DNA of 64,000 bases, taken from an uncultured Gammaproteobacteria bacterium (GTDB lineage: Bacteria > Patescibacteriota > Patescibacteriia > Patescibacteriales > GWC2-42-12). The stretch is taken from positions 64,381 through 128,380 of the forward strand of contig CAZLKB010000002.1 of assembly GCA_964560005.1 (NCBI GenBank). The letters are read 5' to 3'. Below are positions 44,946 to 54,689 of this stretch, piece by piece. How positions within the stretch are numbered: the stretch's first letter is position 1; the number at the start of each line of letters is the position of its first letter. A program made the translations under genes and the position numbers. Below the pieces are notes generated by a model. It saw only the letters and a program-made list of their open reading frames with translations. It was not told the origin of the DNA and made no database searches.

Positions 44946-46102
44946 AACAAAACCGAAAAAGAAAAATTTTATTCGTGACCGAACGCCGGGCTGATTATTC
45001 AAGATTAAAGCCGATTATGAAAGCCGTTCAGAGGAGCAAAAAACTTGAATTACAGCTGGTAGTTACGGGTAATCATTTACTTAAAAATTTTGGTGAAACT
45101 AAAAAAGTGGTTGACGCCGATAGCTTTAAAATTAACGCTATTTTTCCGATTTTTTACGAAAACGATCAGGATGATGCTATCCATATGGTAAAAGCCATGG
45201 GCAAGGCTTTAATCGGCCTGGCTGATATTTTTACCCGCTTAAAACCGGACATTGTGTTTTGCGGCTTTGATTTAGGTACTCATCTGGCAGCCGCTATCGC
45301 CGGCTGCCACCTTAATATCCATGTCGCCCATATCCAAGGCGGTGAAGTCAGCGGCACGATTGACGAAATTATTCGCCATGCTACCACAAAATTTTCCCAC
45401 ATTCATTTCGCCGCTACTGCCAAGAGCATTAAAAGAATAATAAAATTAGGCGAAAACCCTGAATATGTTTATAATGTTGGCAGCCCGAGCCTGGATACTA
45501 TTAAGAGTATAAAATATTATTCGAAGAAGAAGATAATCGAGAAATACGGCCTTGATCCAAAGAAAAAGCTGATAATTTTTTCCCAGCACCCGGTAACCAC
45601 GGAAGTTGATGAAGTAGGAAGTCAAATACAAAGCAGCATTAACGCCCTGAAGCGGGTTAATAAAAAATATGGCACGCAAGTTTTAGCCATTTATTCAAAT
45701 AATGACGCCGGCGGAAAGAGAATTATCCGCCAGTTGAAGCGGTCAGGTATAAAGGTGGTTCCGCATATAGTATATGAAGATTATTTGCGTCTATTTAAAG
45801 TGGCGGATCTATTGGTTGGAAATTCCAGCGCCGGTTTTCATGAAGCTCCCTCGTTCGGTTTGCCTACGGTAAATATCGGCACCAGGCAAAGGCTAAGGGA
45901 GCGTGGCGATAATATTATTGACGCAGATAATGATGAAAAAAAAATTATTAAAGCTATTACTAAGGGATTATTCGATAAGAAATTTATAAAAAAAGTTAAG
46001 GTCGGGAAAAATCCATACGACAACGGGATTACCTCGGAAAAAATTGTCAAGATTTTAGAAAATATTGATTTGCCGCCTATTCAAAAAAACATAACCTATT
46101 AA
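44942..46102 (+). CDS. neuC: UDP-N-acetylglucosamine 2-epimerase (hydrolysing), NeuC/LegG-like
   Basis: VTERRADYSRLKP and HIQGGEVSGTIDEIIRHATTKFSHIHF are signatures of hydrolysing NeuC-type epimerases. Confidence 0.9.
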   Translation: MKQNRKRKILFVTERRADYSRLKPIMKAVQRSKKLELQLVVTGNHLLKNFGETKKVVDADSFKINAIFPIFYENDQDDAIHMVKAMGKALIGLADIFTRLKPDIVFCGFDLGTHLAAAIAGCHLNIHVAHIQGGEVSGTIDEIIRHATTKFSHIHFAATAKSIKRIIKLGENPEYVYNVGSPSLDTIKSIKYYSKKKIIEKYGLDPKKKLIIFSQHPVTTEVDEVGSQIQSSINALKRVNKKYGTQVLAIYSNNDAGGKRIIRQLKRSGIKVVPHIVYEDYLRLFKVADLLVGNSSAGFHEAPSFGLPTVNIGTRQRLRERGDNIIDADNDEKKIIKAITKGLFDKKFIKKVKVGKNPYDNGITSEKIVKILENIDLPPIQKNITY

Positions 46103-46153
46103 ATAGCCGTTTTATTTAAAGATAAATCTAAGGGATGCTAACGCGATAAAGTT

Positions 46154-47044
46154 ATGAAGAAACAAAAGTTAAAAATTTTCCAGGAGTTGAAAGTATTGCT
46201 TTTAGGCGGGACCGGTTTTGTTGGTGAATATGTTATTAAGCAATTAATAAAAAATAGAAACTGTCGAATAGCGGTGGCGCATAATTCGCCGGGCACATTA
46301 ATAAAGATCAAAAATCTAGTATATGTAAAAATGGATTTAGCTAAACAGCCAGTCCGGTTGAAAAAACTGACCAACAGTACTGATATAATCGTGGTAATGA
46401 CGCAGCCGAATATCAAAATTATTGAAAATTTATTAGGTTCCATAAAAGCTAATTCGCAATTAAAAAAAATTGTCTATCTTTCTACTTTATTGCTGTATGG
46501 CGACTCGGTTACAAGACAAGATGAAACATCACCCTTAGAACCACAAGGAGATTATGAAATAGGGAAGTATTTGGAAGAGCAGAGGCTAAGAAATTTTTGC
46601 CTTAAGAATAAGACTAAGCTATGCATTATTAGGTTGGCCAATGTTTACGGCGATATCAAAAACAGGGGCATCATAGGCAAGATATTCCAGTCCATAAAGA
46701 ATCATCAGGTTTTGACGGTAAATAACCAGGGCCAAGCAATCAGGGATTACATTTTTGTGGAAGACGCGGCACGATTAATTAAATTTTTAATATTTTTTAA
46801 GCAAAAGGCAGGCAAAGAAACCTTTAACGTGTGCGCCTCCAGAGGCTATAGCGTTTTAGCATTAATAAAAAAAATTCAAAGGATTACCGGTCAGAAGGTC
46901 GGTTTTAAAAATGGCGGCCGAGTTAGAGAAAAAAAGAAAATTATTGGAGATAATAAAAAAATACTAAAATTATTAGGAGGTAAATTAATATATAATTTAG
47001 ATAGAGGTTTAAAGAAAACTTGCCATAATTTACTAAAATATTAA
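46154..47044 (+). CDS. NAD-dependent epimerase/dehydratase/reductase (SDR)
   Basis: Motif LLLGGTGFVGEYV and a YEIGK (YxxxK) catalytic motif. Confidence 0.7.
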   Translation: MKKQKLKIFQELKVLLLGGTGFVGEYVIKQLIKNRNCRIAVAHNSPGTLIKIKNLVYVKMDLAKQPVRLKKLTNSTDIIVVMTQPNIKIIENLLGSIKANSQLKKIVYLSTLLLYGDSVTRQDETSPLEPQGDYEIGKYLEEQRLRNFCLKNKTKLCIIRLANVYGDIKNRGIIGKIFQSIKNHQVLTVNNQGQAIRDYIFVEDAARLIKFLIFFKQKAGKETFNVCASRGYSVLALIKKIQRITGQKVGFKNGGRVREKKKIIGDNKKILKLLGGKLIYNLDRGLKKTCHNLLKY

Positions 47045-47052
47045 TTAAATTT

Positions 47053-48093
47053 ATGATTAATCAATTCAAAAATAAAAGAATTCTGGTGACCGGCGCTACC
47101 GGCTCGATCGGTTCGGTGATTGTTAAGGAGCTCTTAGAATTTGAACCATATCAGGTCCGGGTCTTTAGCCGCGACGAGACCAAGCAATTTGAATTACACC
47201 ACGAAATCGGACCGTCGCTGCTGGTAAATTATTTGATTGGCGACACCAGGGATAAAGAGCGCCTAAATTTGGCGATGGAGAATATCGATATTGTCTTTCA
47301 CGTCGCTGCTCTGAAACATGTCGTCGCTTGCGAGAAAAATCCTTTTGAAGCGATTAAAACCAACATTCAGGGGACGCAGAATGTAATCGACTGCGCTTAT
47401 GCCAATAAAGTCGATAAAGTCATTATGATTTCTACGGACAAAGCTACCGATCCGACCAATGTCATGGGCTGCACCAAGCTTTTGGCGGAAAAATTAATTT
47501 TAGCCAGCTTTCTTTATAAGGGAGATAAAAAGACCAAGTTTTGTTGCGTTCGGTTCGGCAATGTTATCGGTTCCAGAGGCTCGGTTGTGCCTTTGTTCAT
47601 AAATCAATTAAAGCGCCGCCAGCCGATTACCATTACTGACCCTAAAATGACAAGATTTATTATGTCGATTCATCAGGCGGTTCAGTTGGTTTTTAAATCG
47701 GTTGAACTAATGAGGAACCGAGAAATTTTTGTGCTGAAGATGCCAGTGGTCAATTTAAAAGATTTGTCCCGGGCGGTCATTGAAGTATATCAGGAAAAAA
47801 ATAAAGTTAAACAGAAAGTAGAAACGAAAATTATCGGCAAGAAACAGGGTGAGCGTATTCATGAGAGGTTATTAACGGCGGAAGAATCCGCCGGCGCTTT
47901 GGAAACGGCCGAGATGTATATTATTTTACCCAACCTGTTGGATCCGGATTCCGGTTACGAGCCTGTTAAAGGTATGTGTTATCCTAAAGCCAAACGAGCA
48001 AAAGTGGGCGATTATTCATCAAAAAATGTAAAAAAAATGTCTGTAAACAAGATAAAAGAAATGCTAAAGTCTAACGGTGATTTGAATTTTTAA
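47053..48093 (+). CDS. UDP-sugar 4,6-dehydratase, CapD/PseB/PglF family
   Basis: ILVTGATGSIGS, SRDETKQ, HVAALKHV, STDKATDP and RFGNVIGSRGSVVP. Paralog of pseB at 51138. Confidence 0.85.
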   Translation: MINQFKNKRILVTGATGSIGSVIVKELLEFEPYQVRVFSRDETKQFELHHEIGPSLLVNYLIGDTRDKERLNLAMENIDIVFHVAALKHVVACEKNPFEAIKTNIQGTQNVIDCAYANKVDKVIMISTDKATDPTNVMGCTKLLAEKLILASFLYKGDKKTKFCCVRFGNVIGSRGSVVPLFINQLKRRQPITITDPKMTRFIMSIHQAVQLVFKSVELMRNREIFVLKMPVVNLKDLSRAVIEVYQEKNKVKQKVETKIIGKKQGERIHERLLTAEESAGALETAEMYIILPNLLDPDSGYEPVKGMCYPKAKRAKVGDYSSKNVKKMSVNKIKEMLKSNGDLNF

Positions 48094-48105
48094 CCTTTGA
48101 TAAAT

Positions 48106-49521
48106 ATGAAATTGCTTTTGGTTTTTCCGGATAAAATCGAAGTAACTTACAATCTGGTCTCTGGCTTAAAACAAAGCGGCCATGAGGTGGTTTATTTAGT
48201 GGGCACCGGGAAAAAAGAAGATAAATTCCCCGGGATTATTTTTCACGACCATTGGGATGCTTGGGTCGGCGTACCCCCCAAAGAGCTGACCGAAGCAAAA
48301 TTTGATCCGCCCGGAGAGGAGTTGATAAAAAAGCTGGCTGATGTTGAATCTATCATTATCACCATGATGAATAAGCATTTTGAGAAAATGGGCGTGGATG
48401 AACGAAAACTTGTCTATTATAATTTATTAGGTTATTGGCACGGAGTGCTAAACAAATATAAACCCGAAGCGATTGTTTTTTCTTCAGTTCCGCACCCGGG
48501 TTATAGCTATTTGATATTTGAGCTGGCGCGGATGCTTAATATAAAAACGCTTATTCTCCAGCATATAACCGATCTTGACAGGCTAGTTTGGTATAATGAT
48601 TTTTGGCAGGGAAGCCGGGTGCTTCAGGAAGAATTAATAAAAAATCGCGGCAAAAATTTTGCTTTAAATGATTTAGACAGAGATCTGCAGGCTTATCTGG
48701 AATATTATGCCAATGACGATCACGACGCTACCCCGGAGTATTTTAGAGAGGTCTTAAAAAAACATAATTTTAAACGCCAGGTTATTTTAAAAATTAGGTT
48801 GGGGCTTAAAAGCATAGCAGATTTTACTTTTGCCAAAAGAGTATTTTCATATTTTAAAAAATTGTTTTTCAATAATATCCGAAAAGACTATCGCCGTTAT
48901 TATAATCCTTCTCCGGATTTTTCCAAGAAGTTTATTTACGTGCCTTTGCATTATCAGCCGGAGTGCAATACCAGTCCGCAGGGCGGGGTTTTCGTCAGTC
49001 AAATATTTTTGGTTAAAACCTTATCGGCGGCTTTGCCTAAAGACTGGATTATTTATGTTAAGGAGCATCCGGGTCAATGGCTGGCGCTGGGTTTAAATTA
49101 TAATGGCTATCGCTTTCCCGGTTATTACCGGCAACTCGTCGAAATAAATAACGTTCAATTAATTCCCATCGAAACTAACAGTTTTTCTCTGATTAATCAG
49201 TCGCAAGCTGTAGCGACAGTGACCGGCTCGGTCGGCTGGGAAGCGATTCTCCGCCATAAACCGGCGTTGATTTTCGGCAGCGCCTGGTACAACGATTACC
49301 CCGGAATATTCAAAATAGATGGCGTTCTATCGTGCCGATCGGCCTTAAAAAAAATTGAAAGCGGTTATTCCCAGGATAATCAATCGGTGATTAATTATCT
49401 TAAGTGTTTAGAGTTATCCAGCATTAAAGGTCCGCTTGATAAATTGGCGGAGCCGGGAAGCGCAAAAGAGATTATAAAGATTATAAATCAAGAGCTGAAA
49501 AAAGTTATCAATGGCACATAA
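48106..49521 (+). CDS. Capsule-synthesis (KpsC/KpsS-like, HP-motif) GT-B glycosyltransferase
   Basis: YVKEHPGQW (HP motif) and TVTGSVGWEAILRHKPALIFGSAWY. The ATG at 48106 is preferred over the TTG at 48097. Paralog of 36295..37806. Confidence 0.6.
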   Translation: MKLLLVFPDKIEVTYNLVSGLKQSGHEVVYLVGTGKKEDKFPGIIFHDHWDAWVGVPPKELTEAKFDPPGEELIKKLADVESIIITMMNKHFEKMGVDERKLVYYNLLGYWHGVLNKYKPEAIVFSSVPHPGYSYLIFELARMLNIKTLILQHITDLDRLVWYNDFWQGSRVLQEELIKNRGKNFALNDLDRDLQAYLEYYANDDHDATPEYFREVLKKHNFKRQVILKIRLGLKSIADFTFAKRVFSYFKKLFFNNIRKDYRRYYNPSPDFSKKFIYVPLHYQPECNTSPQGGVFVSQIFLVKTLSAALPKDWIIYVKEHPGQWLALGLNYNGYRFPGYYRQLVEINNVQLIPIETNSFSLINQSQAVATVTGSVGWEAILRHKPALIFGSAWYNDYPGIFKIDGVLSCRSALKKIESGYSQDNQSVINYLKCLELSSIKGPLDKLAEPGSAKEIIKIINQELKKVINGT

Positions 49522-49524
49522 AAA

Positions 49525-49623
49525 TGGCAGAGGCAAGGATATCGCCTTCTCGCTTAAGACGAAATTTGAGTATTTTTCTTAAAATTATTAAATTTTAAGA
49601 AAAATAATACAATGCCTCTGCCA
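49525..49623. repeat. Palindromic intergenic element (member 2 of 2)
   Basis: Outer stem tggcagaggca (49525-49535) / tgcctctgcca (49613-49623). Perfect inner 16-bp stem tatttttcttaaaatt (49571-49586) / aattttaagaaaaata (49591-49606), loop atta. Shares AAATTTGAGTATTTTT (49562-49577) with element 1. Confidence 0.7.
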
Positions 49624-49655
49624 GCCGCGGTTAAATTAATTGTAGAAGTTATTTT

Positions 49656-51053
49656 ATGAATAAATTGAAAATTTTAGCGATAAATGTTTGCTTAAGGCCG
49701 TATATGGAAAAAATTTTATTTCCCCTGGGTTTATCATATATAACCGGAGCGGTTCGCCGCGCCGGGTATAATTTAGAGCTTCTGGATTTAGATAAAGACA
49801 GAAAAACCGACGCGGAAATTGAAGAATTTTTAAAAAATCAAGATTTTGACGTCGTGCTTTTAGGCTGCATCGTAACAGGCTATAAAATGGTTAAAGAGTT
49901 AAGCGCCATTATCAGGAAAATAAATAAGCAAGCGGTGATAGTCGTCGGTAATTCGGTAGCGGATTCAATTCCCAGTATATTATTGGAAAAAACCGAGGCA
50001 GATATTGCGGTTATGGGAGAAGGCGAAATAACTATCGTGGAAGTTCTTGATAAATTAAGCCAAGGCCAGACGCTGGAATCAGTTAGAGGGATTTGGTATA
50101 AAAAAGGAAAAAAAATATTTAATAATCCCAGGCGATCTGAAGTGGTGGATATTAACGCCCTACCATTTCCTGATTGGGAAAGTTTTGACATGGAGTCCTA
50201 TATTGAAAAAATGAAATTAGCTTCCACATCTTTTCCTCTGCCGCAGGAAAAAGTCAGGCCTTTTTTAATCAACACCGCCAGAGGCTGTCCCTTCCGCTGC
50301 ACTTTTTGCTATCAGGTTTTTCAGGCCTACCCCTACCGGCATCGTTCGGTTGATTCAATTATTGCTGAAATAAAAGAGTTGCAGAAAAGATATGGGGTAA
50401 ATAGCATATTTTTTAATGATGAGCTGTCTTTTCCGACCAAAGAGAGTGTAAAAGAATTCGTTGATAAGATATTGAGTGAAAAATTAACTTTTTTTTGGTT
50501 GGCCGATTGCCGTTCTAATCTTTTCAACACGGAAGCTGACTTGCCATTACTTAAGAGATTAAAAGAATCTGGTTGCATCGGGTTAGGCTATTCGTTAGAA
50601 TCAGCTAACCAGGAAATTTTAAAGGTCATGAATAAACGGCTGAATATTAACGATTTTATTACCCAGAAAAAACTTCTAGATAGGGCCGGGATTATCAGCT
50701 GGACCAGTCTGGTTTTCGGCTATCCGCCGGAGACTAAAGAAACCATTAAACAAACCATGGATTTATGTTTAGAGCTGGGTATTTATCCCAGTACCGGTTA
50801 TCTTTTGCCTCAGCCGGGCACGCCCATGTACGATTATATTGTTAAAAAGGGGCTGGTGAAAGACGAAGAAGCGTATCTTCTCTCAATGGGGGATCGCCAG
50901 GATTTAAGAATTAATTTAACTAAAATGGCGGACGATGAATTTCAGGATGAAGTAAAAAAGCATTTACAACGAATTTCCGATAAATTAAATTTATGCTTGT
51001 CGGCCGAAACACTGATTAAAACGATTAATTATAAAGTAGTTGATAAAAAATAG
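49656..51053 (+). CDS. B12-binding domain radical SAM enzyme (paralog F)
   Basis: Cluster TARGCPFRCTFCYQ, B12-like N-terminus (LGLSYITGAVRRAGYNLELLDL), core motif GLGYSLESAN. Confidence 0.85.
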   Translation: MNKLKILAINVCLRPYMEKILFPLGLSYITGAVRRAGYNLELLDLDKDRKTDAEIEEFLKNQDFDVVLLGCIVTGYKMVKELSAIIRKINKQAVIVVGNSVADSIPSILLEKTEADIAVMGEGEITIVEVLDKLSQGQTLESVRGIWYKKGKKIFNNPRRSEVVDINALPFPDWESFDMESYIEKMKLASTSFPLPQEKVRPFLINTARGCPFRCTFCYQVFQAYPYRHRSVDSIIAEIKELQKRYGVNSIFFNDELSFPTKESVKEFVDKILSEKLTFFWLADCRSNLFNTEADLPLLKRLKESGCIGLGYSLESANQEILKVMNKRLNINDFITQKKLLDRAGIISWTSLVFGYPPETKETIKQTMDLCLELGIYPSTGYLLPQPGTPMYDYIVKKGLVKDEEAYLLSMGDRQDLRINLTKMADDEFQDEVKKHLQRISDKLNLCLSAETLIKTINYKVVDKK

Positions 51054-51137
51054 AGTAATAAATATATTTTGATAATTAGGCGGGAAATTAACAGGCAAAA
51101 ACAATTTTAAATAATTAAATAATTACTTAAATAATTT

Positions 51138-52127
51138 ATGTCAACCGATGTTTTAAAAAATAAAATCATATTAATTACCGGCGGAACCGGGTCATTCGGT
51201 AAAAGCTTCGTCAAGTATTTATTAAAAAATTCCCAAGCCAAAAAAATCATTATTTTTAGCCGGGATGAGCTTAAGCAATCGCAGATGCAGTCAGAATTGA
51301 AAAATGACCAACGGCTAAGGTTTTTTATCGGCGACGTCAGAAGTTTACACCGGTTAGAGCGTGCTTTAAATGGCGTTGATATAGTCGTTCATGCGGCCGC
51401 CTTAAAACAGGTTACCACCATGGAATATAACCCTTTTGAAGCCGTGGAAACCAATATCTTGGGCAGTCAAAACGTAATTGACGCGTCTATTGACCAGGGA
51501 GTAGATAAGGTTATATTAATTTCTACCGATAAGGCCGCACAACCGACCAGTTTGTATGGTTCAACGAAACTTTGCGCCGAGAAATTATTTATCAGCGGAA
51601 ATTCTTATTCCGGCGGTAAAACTAAATTCAGCTGCGTTCGTTACGGCAATGTTATCGGCAGCCGAGGTAGTGTCGTAGACAAACTTTTAACCCATCAGCC
51701 GGTAGGCATCACCGACAAAAGAATGACTAGATTTTGGATTACGCTGGAGCAAAGCTTTAAACTGGTAATGTTTGCCTTAGAAAATATGGAAAAAGGCGAA
51801 ATTTTTATTCCCAAATTACCCAGCATGAAACTGCTTGATTTGTTTGAGGCGGTCGAACCGGGTGTAAAAAGAAAAACCATTGGCATATTACCGGGAGAGA
51901 AAATACATGAAATGCTATTATCGAAAGAAGAGGCTAGACATACGGTAGAATTGGGTGATTACTATGTTATTTTAAGTGAATGCTATAATTTGTTTCCCGA
52001 TGCTTACCAAAAATATCGCGAGTTAGGAAAAGAAATGCAACCGGATTTCTGTTACGAAAGCCACACCAATAATGACTGGTTAACGGGTAAACAGTTAAAT
52101 AAAATTATTAAAGGATTAAAAAAATAG
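51138..52127 (+). CDS. pseB: UDP-N-acetylglucosamine 4,6-dehydratase (inverting), PseB/FlaA1
   Basis: End-to-end resemblance to PseB/FlaA1: ILITGGTGSFGK, SRDELKQ, FFIGDVR, HAAALKQV, STDKAAQPTSLYGSTKL, RYGNVIGSRGSV, RMTRFWITL, GEIFIPK, PGEKIHE. Confidence 0.9.
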   Translation: MSTDVLKNKIILITGGTGSFGKSFVKYLLKNSQAKKIIIFSRDELKQSQMQSELKNDQRLRFFIGDVRSLHRLERALNGVDIVVHAAALKQVTTMEYNPFEAVETNILGSQNVIDASIDQGVDKVILISTDKAAQPTSLYGSTKLCAEKLFISGNSYSGGKTKFSCVRYGNVIGSRGSVVDKLLTHQPVGITDKRMTRFWITLEQSFKLVMFALENMEKGEIFIPKLPSMKLLDLFEAVEPGVKRKTIGILPGEKIHEMLLSKEEARHTVELGDYYVILSECYNLFPDAYQKYRELGKEMQPDFCYESHTNNDWLTGKQLNKIIKGLKK

Positions 52128-52137
52128 TAGATACATT

Positions 52138-53253
52138 ATGATATCTTACGGCCACCAATTTATAGATAAAAAGGATATAGACGAAGTAGTAAAGGTTTTG
52201 AAATCTAATTGGCTTACCCAGGGCCCGAAGGTTTTAGAATTTGAAAAGGCCTTGGCTAAATATTGCGGTGCGAAATATGCCGTGGCCGTTTCCAATGGTA
52301 CGGCCGCCTTGCACTTAGCTTATCTAGCGGCTGGCCTTAGAAAAGGAGATGAAGTAATCACTACTCCTAATACTTTCGCCGCAACTTCGAATATGCTTAT
52401 GGTTTTTGGAGTTAAGCCGGTATTTTGCGATATCAGGCTGGATACTAATAATATTGATGAAACTAAAATTGAAAAATTGGTTACCGGTAAAACTAAAGCG
52501 GTTATAACGGTTCATTTTTCCGGACAGCCATGCGAAATGGATAAAATAATAAAAATTGCCAAAAAAAATAAGTTGAAAGTAATCGAAGATGCCTGCCATG
52601 CCCTGGGTGCCAGATATAATAATCGAAAACTTGGTTCACTCGGAGTTGATATGACGGTTTTCAGTTTTCACCCGGTAAAAAGCATTACTACCGGCGAAGG
52701 CGGCGCCATCATAACTAATCATAAAAATTATTATGATAAGCTCAGGCTTTTACGAAGCCACGGTATTTATAAAGATAAGACAGGCAAAAACGTCATGATC
52801 GAAATGGGTTTTAATTACCGCCTGACCGATATTCAGGCAGCCCTTGGTTTAAGCCAGTTAAAGAAAGCCGATCAGTTCATTAAGCAGAGGCATATAATTG
52901 TTAGTTGGTATGAGAGAGAATTACGGGAAGTAAAAGAGATAATTTTACCTCAGGAATTAAAAAATAATTATTCCGCCTGGCATATTTATGTTATAAGAAC
53001 GGTTGACCCGAAAGACAGGGATAAGTTATCGGCTTATTTAAAAAGCCAGGGCGTAGGAGTTAATTTTCACTATCCGGCAGTTTATTCTCACCCCTATTAC
53101 CGGGCCAACGGGTATCGAGACGTTAAATTGGCTGATGAAGAAATTTATCATAGCTCCTGCATAACTTTGCCTTGCTATGTCGGCCTCAAGTCATCCGAAG
53201 TTAAATTTATTTGCGATAAAATTAAAAGTTACTATGACAGAAAAGATAATTAA
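52138..53253 (+). CDS. pseC: UDP-4-amino-4,6-dideoxy-sugar aminotransferase, PseC-like (DegT family)
   Basis: ISYGHQFIDKKDIDEVVKVLKSNWLTQGPKV N-terminus, EDACHALGA, FSFHPVKSITTGEGG. Lies immediately downstream of pseB. Confidence 0.85.
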   Translation: MISYGHQFIDKKDIDEVVKVLKSNWLTQGPKVLEFEKALAKYCGAKYAVAVSNGTAALHLAYLAAGLRKGDEVITTPNTFAATSNMLMVFGVKPVFCDIRLDTNNIDETKIEKLVTGKTKAVITVHFSGQPCEMDKIIKIAKKNKLKVIEDACHALGARYNNRKLGSLGVDMTVFSFHPVKSITTGEGGAIITNHKNYYDKLRLLRSHGIYKDKTGKNVMIEMGFNYRLTDIQAALGLSQLKKADQFIKQRHIIVSWYERELREVKEIILPQELKNNYSAWHIYVIRTVDPKDRDKLSAYLKSQGVGVNFHYPAVYSHPYYRANGYRDVKLADEEIYHSSCITLPCYVGLKSSEVKFICDKIKSYYDRKDN

Positions 53254-53788
53254 AAAATTTAAAAATAATTCAGCTTTAATTATTGGTAAAAGAATATATT
53301 TAAAAATATTGAAGGAGGAAAACGCCACCGCCGATTACTCCGGCTGGCTGAATGACGCGGAAGTAAACAAATACTTAGTAACTAAAAATGCAACTATTCA
53401 AGAGCTTAAAAATTATATCGCTGAAAAATTAGCTGACGATAATTGTCTGTTTTTTGGTATTTTTATTAAGTCTAACCATTGGCATATCGGCAATTTAAAA
53501 TTAGAGACGATCGATTGGCGGAAAAAATCAGCCGACTTCGGCATTTTAATCGGGGATAAAAATTATTGGGGTAAAGGCCTGGCAACCGAGGCTACAAAAT
53601 TAATAGTTGATTTTGCTTTCAATAAATTAAAATTGGTCATATTGGAGCTTGGCGTTATAGCAGATAATTTGGTTGCCTTAAAAGTTTATGAAAAAATCGG
53701 TTTTAAAGTTGATAAAATAAATAAAGAAGAGATTAGACATAATGGCAGGTCTATGGATCAAATAATCATGACTATTAAAAATGAATAA
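53234..53788 (+). CDS. GNAT N-acetyltransferase (PseH-like)
   Basis: I place the start at the ATG at 53234 (MTEKII); the track start is 53177. RimL-type GNAT core IGDKNYWGKGLATEA. Position after pseB-pseC matches pseH. Confidence 0.7.
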   Translation: MTEKIIKKFKNNSALIIGKRIYLKILKEENATADYSGWLNDAEVNKYLVTKNATIQELKNYIAEKLADDNCLFFGIFIKSNHWHIGNLKLETIDWRKKSADFGILIGDKNYWGKGLATEATKLIVDFAFNKLKLVILELGVIADNLVALKVYEKIGFKVDKINKEEIRHNGRSMDQIIMTIKNE

Positions 53789-54689
53789 TTTATTAAACAA
53801 ATTAGCCCTGGGAACAGTTCAATTCGGCCTGGATTATGGGATAAATAATCCCGTCGGCAAACCGTCACGGGAAAAATCTCTGGCCATGATTGATTTTGCT
53901 TACGAAAAGGGTGTTCGGATTTTTGATACGGCCAACGCTTATGGCGAGGCGGAAGAAATATTAGGTGAATTTACAAAAAGCCGGGGGCTGGCAGGAAAAA
54001 TTAAAATAATTACCAAGTTAAACGCCGATATCACTGGAGAACCTCCGGATAAAATAGAAAAAATTATTACGAAAAATTTAGCCGAGTCTTTAAAGCGATT
54101 AGGCAGCGAATACGTAGACGGCTATCTCTTACACAATCCTGAACATGTCAGAGAGGATAAAATCGTTAATATTTTGCACGGTTTTAAAAAACAGGGGCTG
54201 GTTAGAAATATCGGCGTTTCCATTTATGAGGAAGCGGACGCGATTCATGCCGCTAAAATAAAAGAGATTGATTATATCCAGGTGCCTTATAATATTTTCG
54301 ACCAGCGTTTGGATAAAACGGATTTTTTTAAACTGGCAAAGAGAAATGGTAAAACAGTTTTCGCTCGCAGTACATACTTACAGGGTTTATTTTTCATGCC
54401 GGAAGAAAAAATTCCGCAGGCTTTGGCCGCAGCTAAAATTTATTTAAGCAAATTAGATAAAATTATTGGAAAATATGATTTAACCAGACAGCAGGCCGCC
54501 TTAAGATTTTCTCTGAGTAACGAAAGTATTGATTATGTAGTCTTGGGCGTTGATGATATGAATCAGCTGGCCGAATGCATTGATATCGCCAAGCAAGACA
54601 TTTATTACGGAAAATGCGCCGACGAGTTAAGAATAGAGTTTGCCGATACCGATAAGAAAATAATTTCGCCAAATTTATGGGGAAAGTAA
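53781..54689 (+). CDS. Aldo/keto reductase
   Basis: LALGTVQFGLDYG, FDTANAYGEAEEILG and YLLHNPE, typical AKR motifs. Confidence 0.8.
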   Translation: MNNLLNKLALGTVQFGLDYGINNPVGKPSREKSLAMIDFAYEKGVRIFDTANAYGEAEEILGEFTKSRGLAGKIKIITKLNADITGEPPDKIEKIITKNLAESLKRLGSEYVDGYLLHNPEHVREDKIVNILHGFKKQGLVRNIGVSIYEEADAIHAAKIKEIDYIQVPYNIFDQRLDKTDFFKLAKRNGKTVFARSTYLQGLFFMPEEKIPQALAAAKIYLSKLDKIIGKYDLTRQQAALRFSLSNESIDYVVLGVDDMNQLAECIDIAKQDIYYGKCADELRIEFADTDKKIISPNLWGK

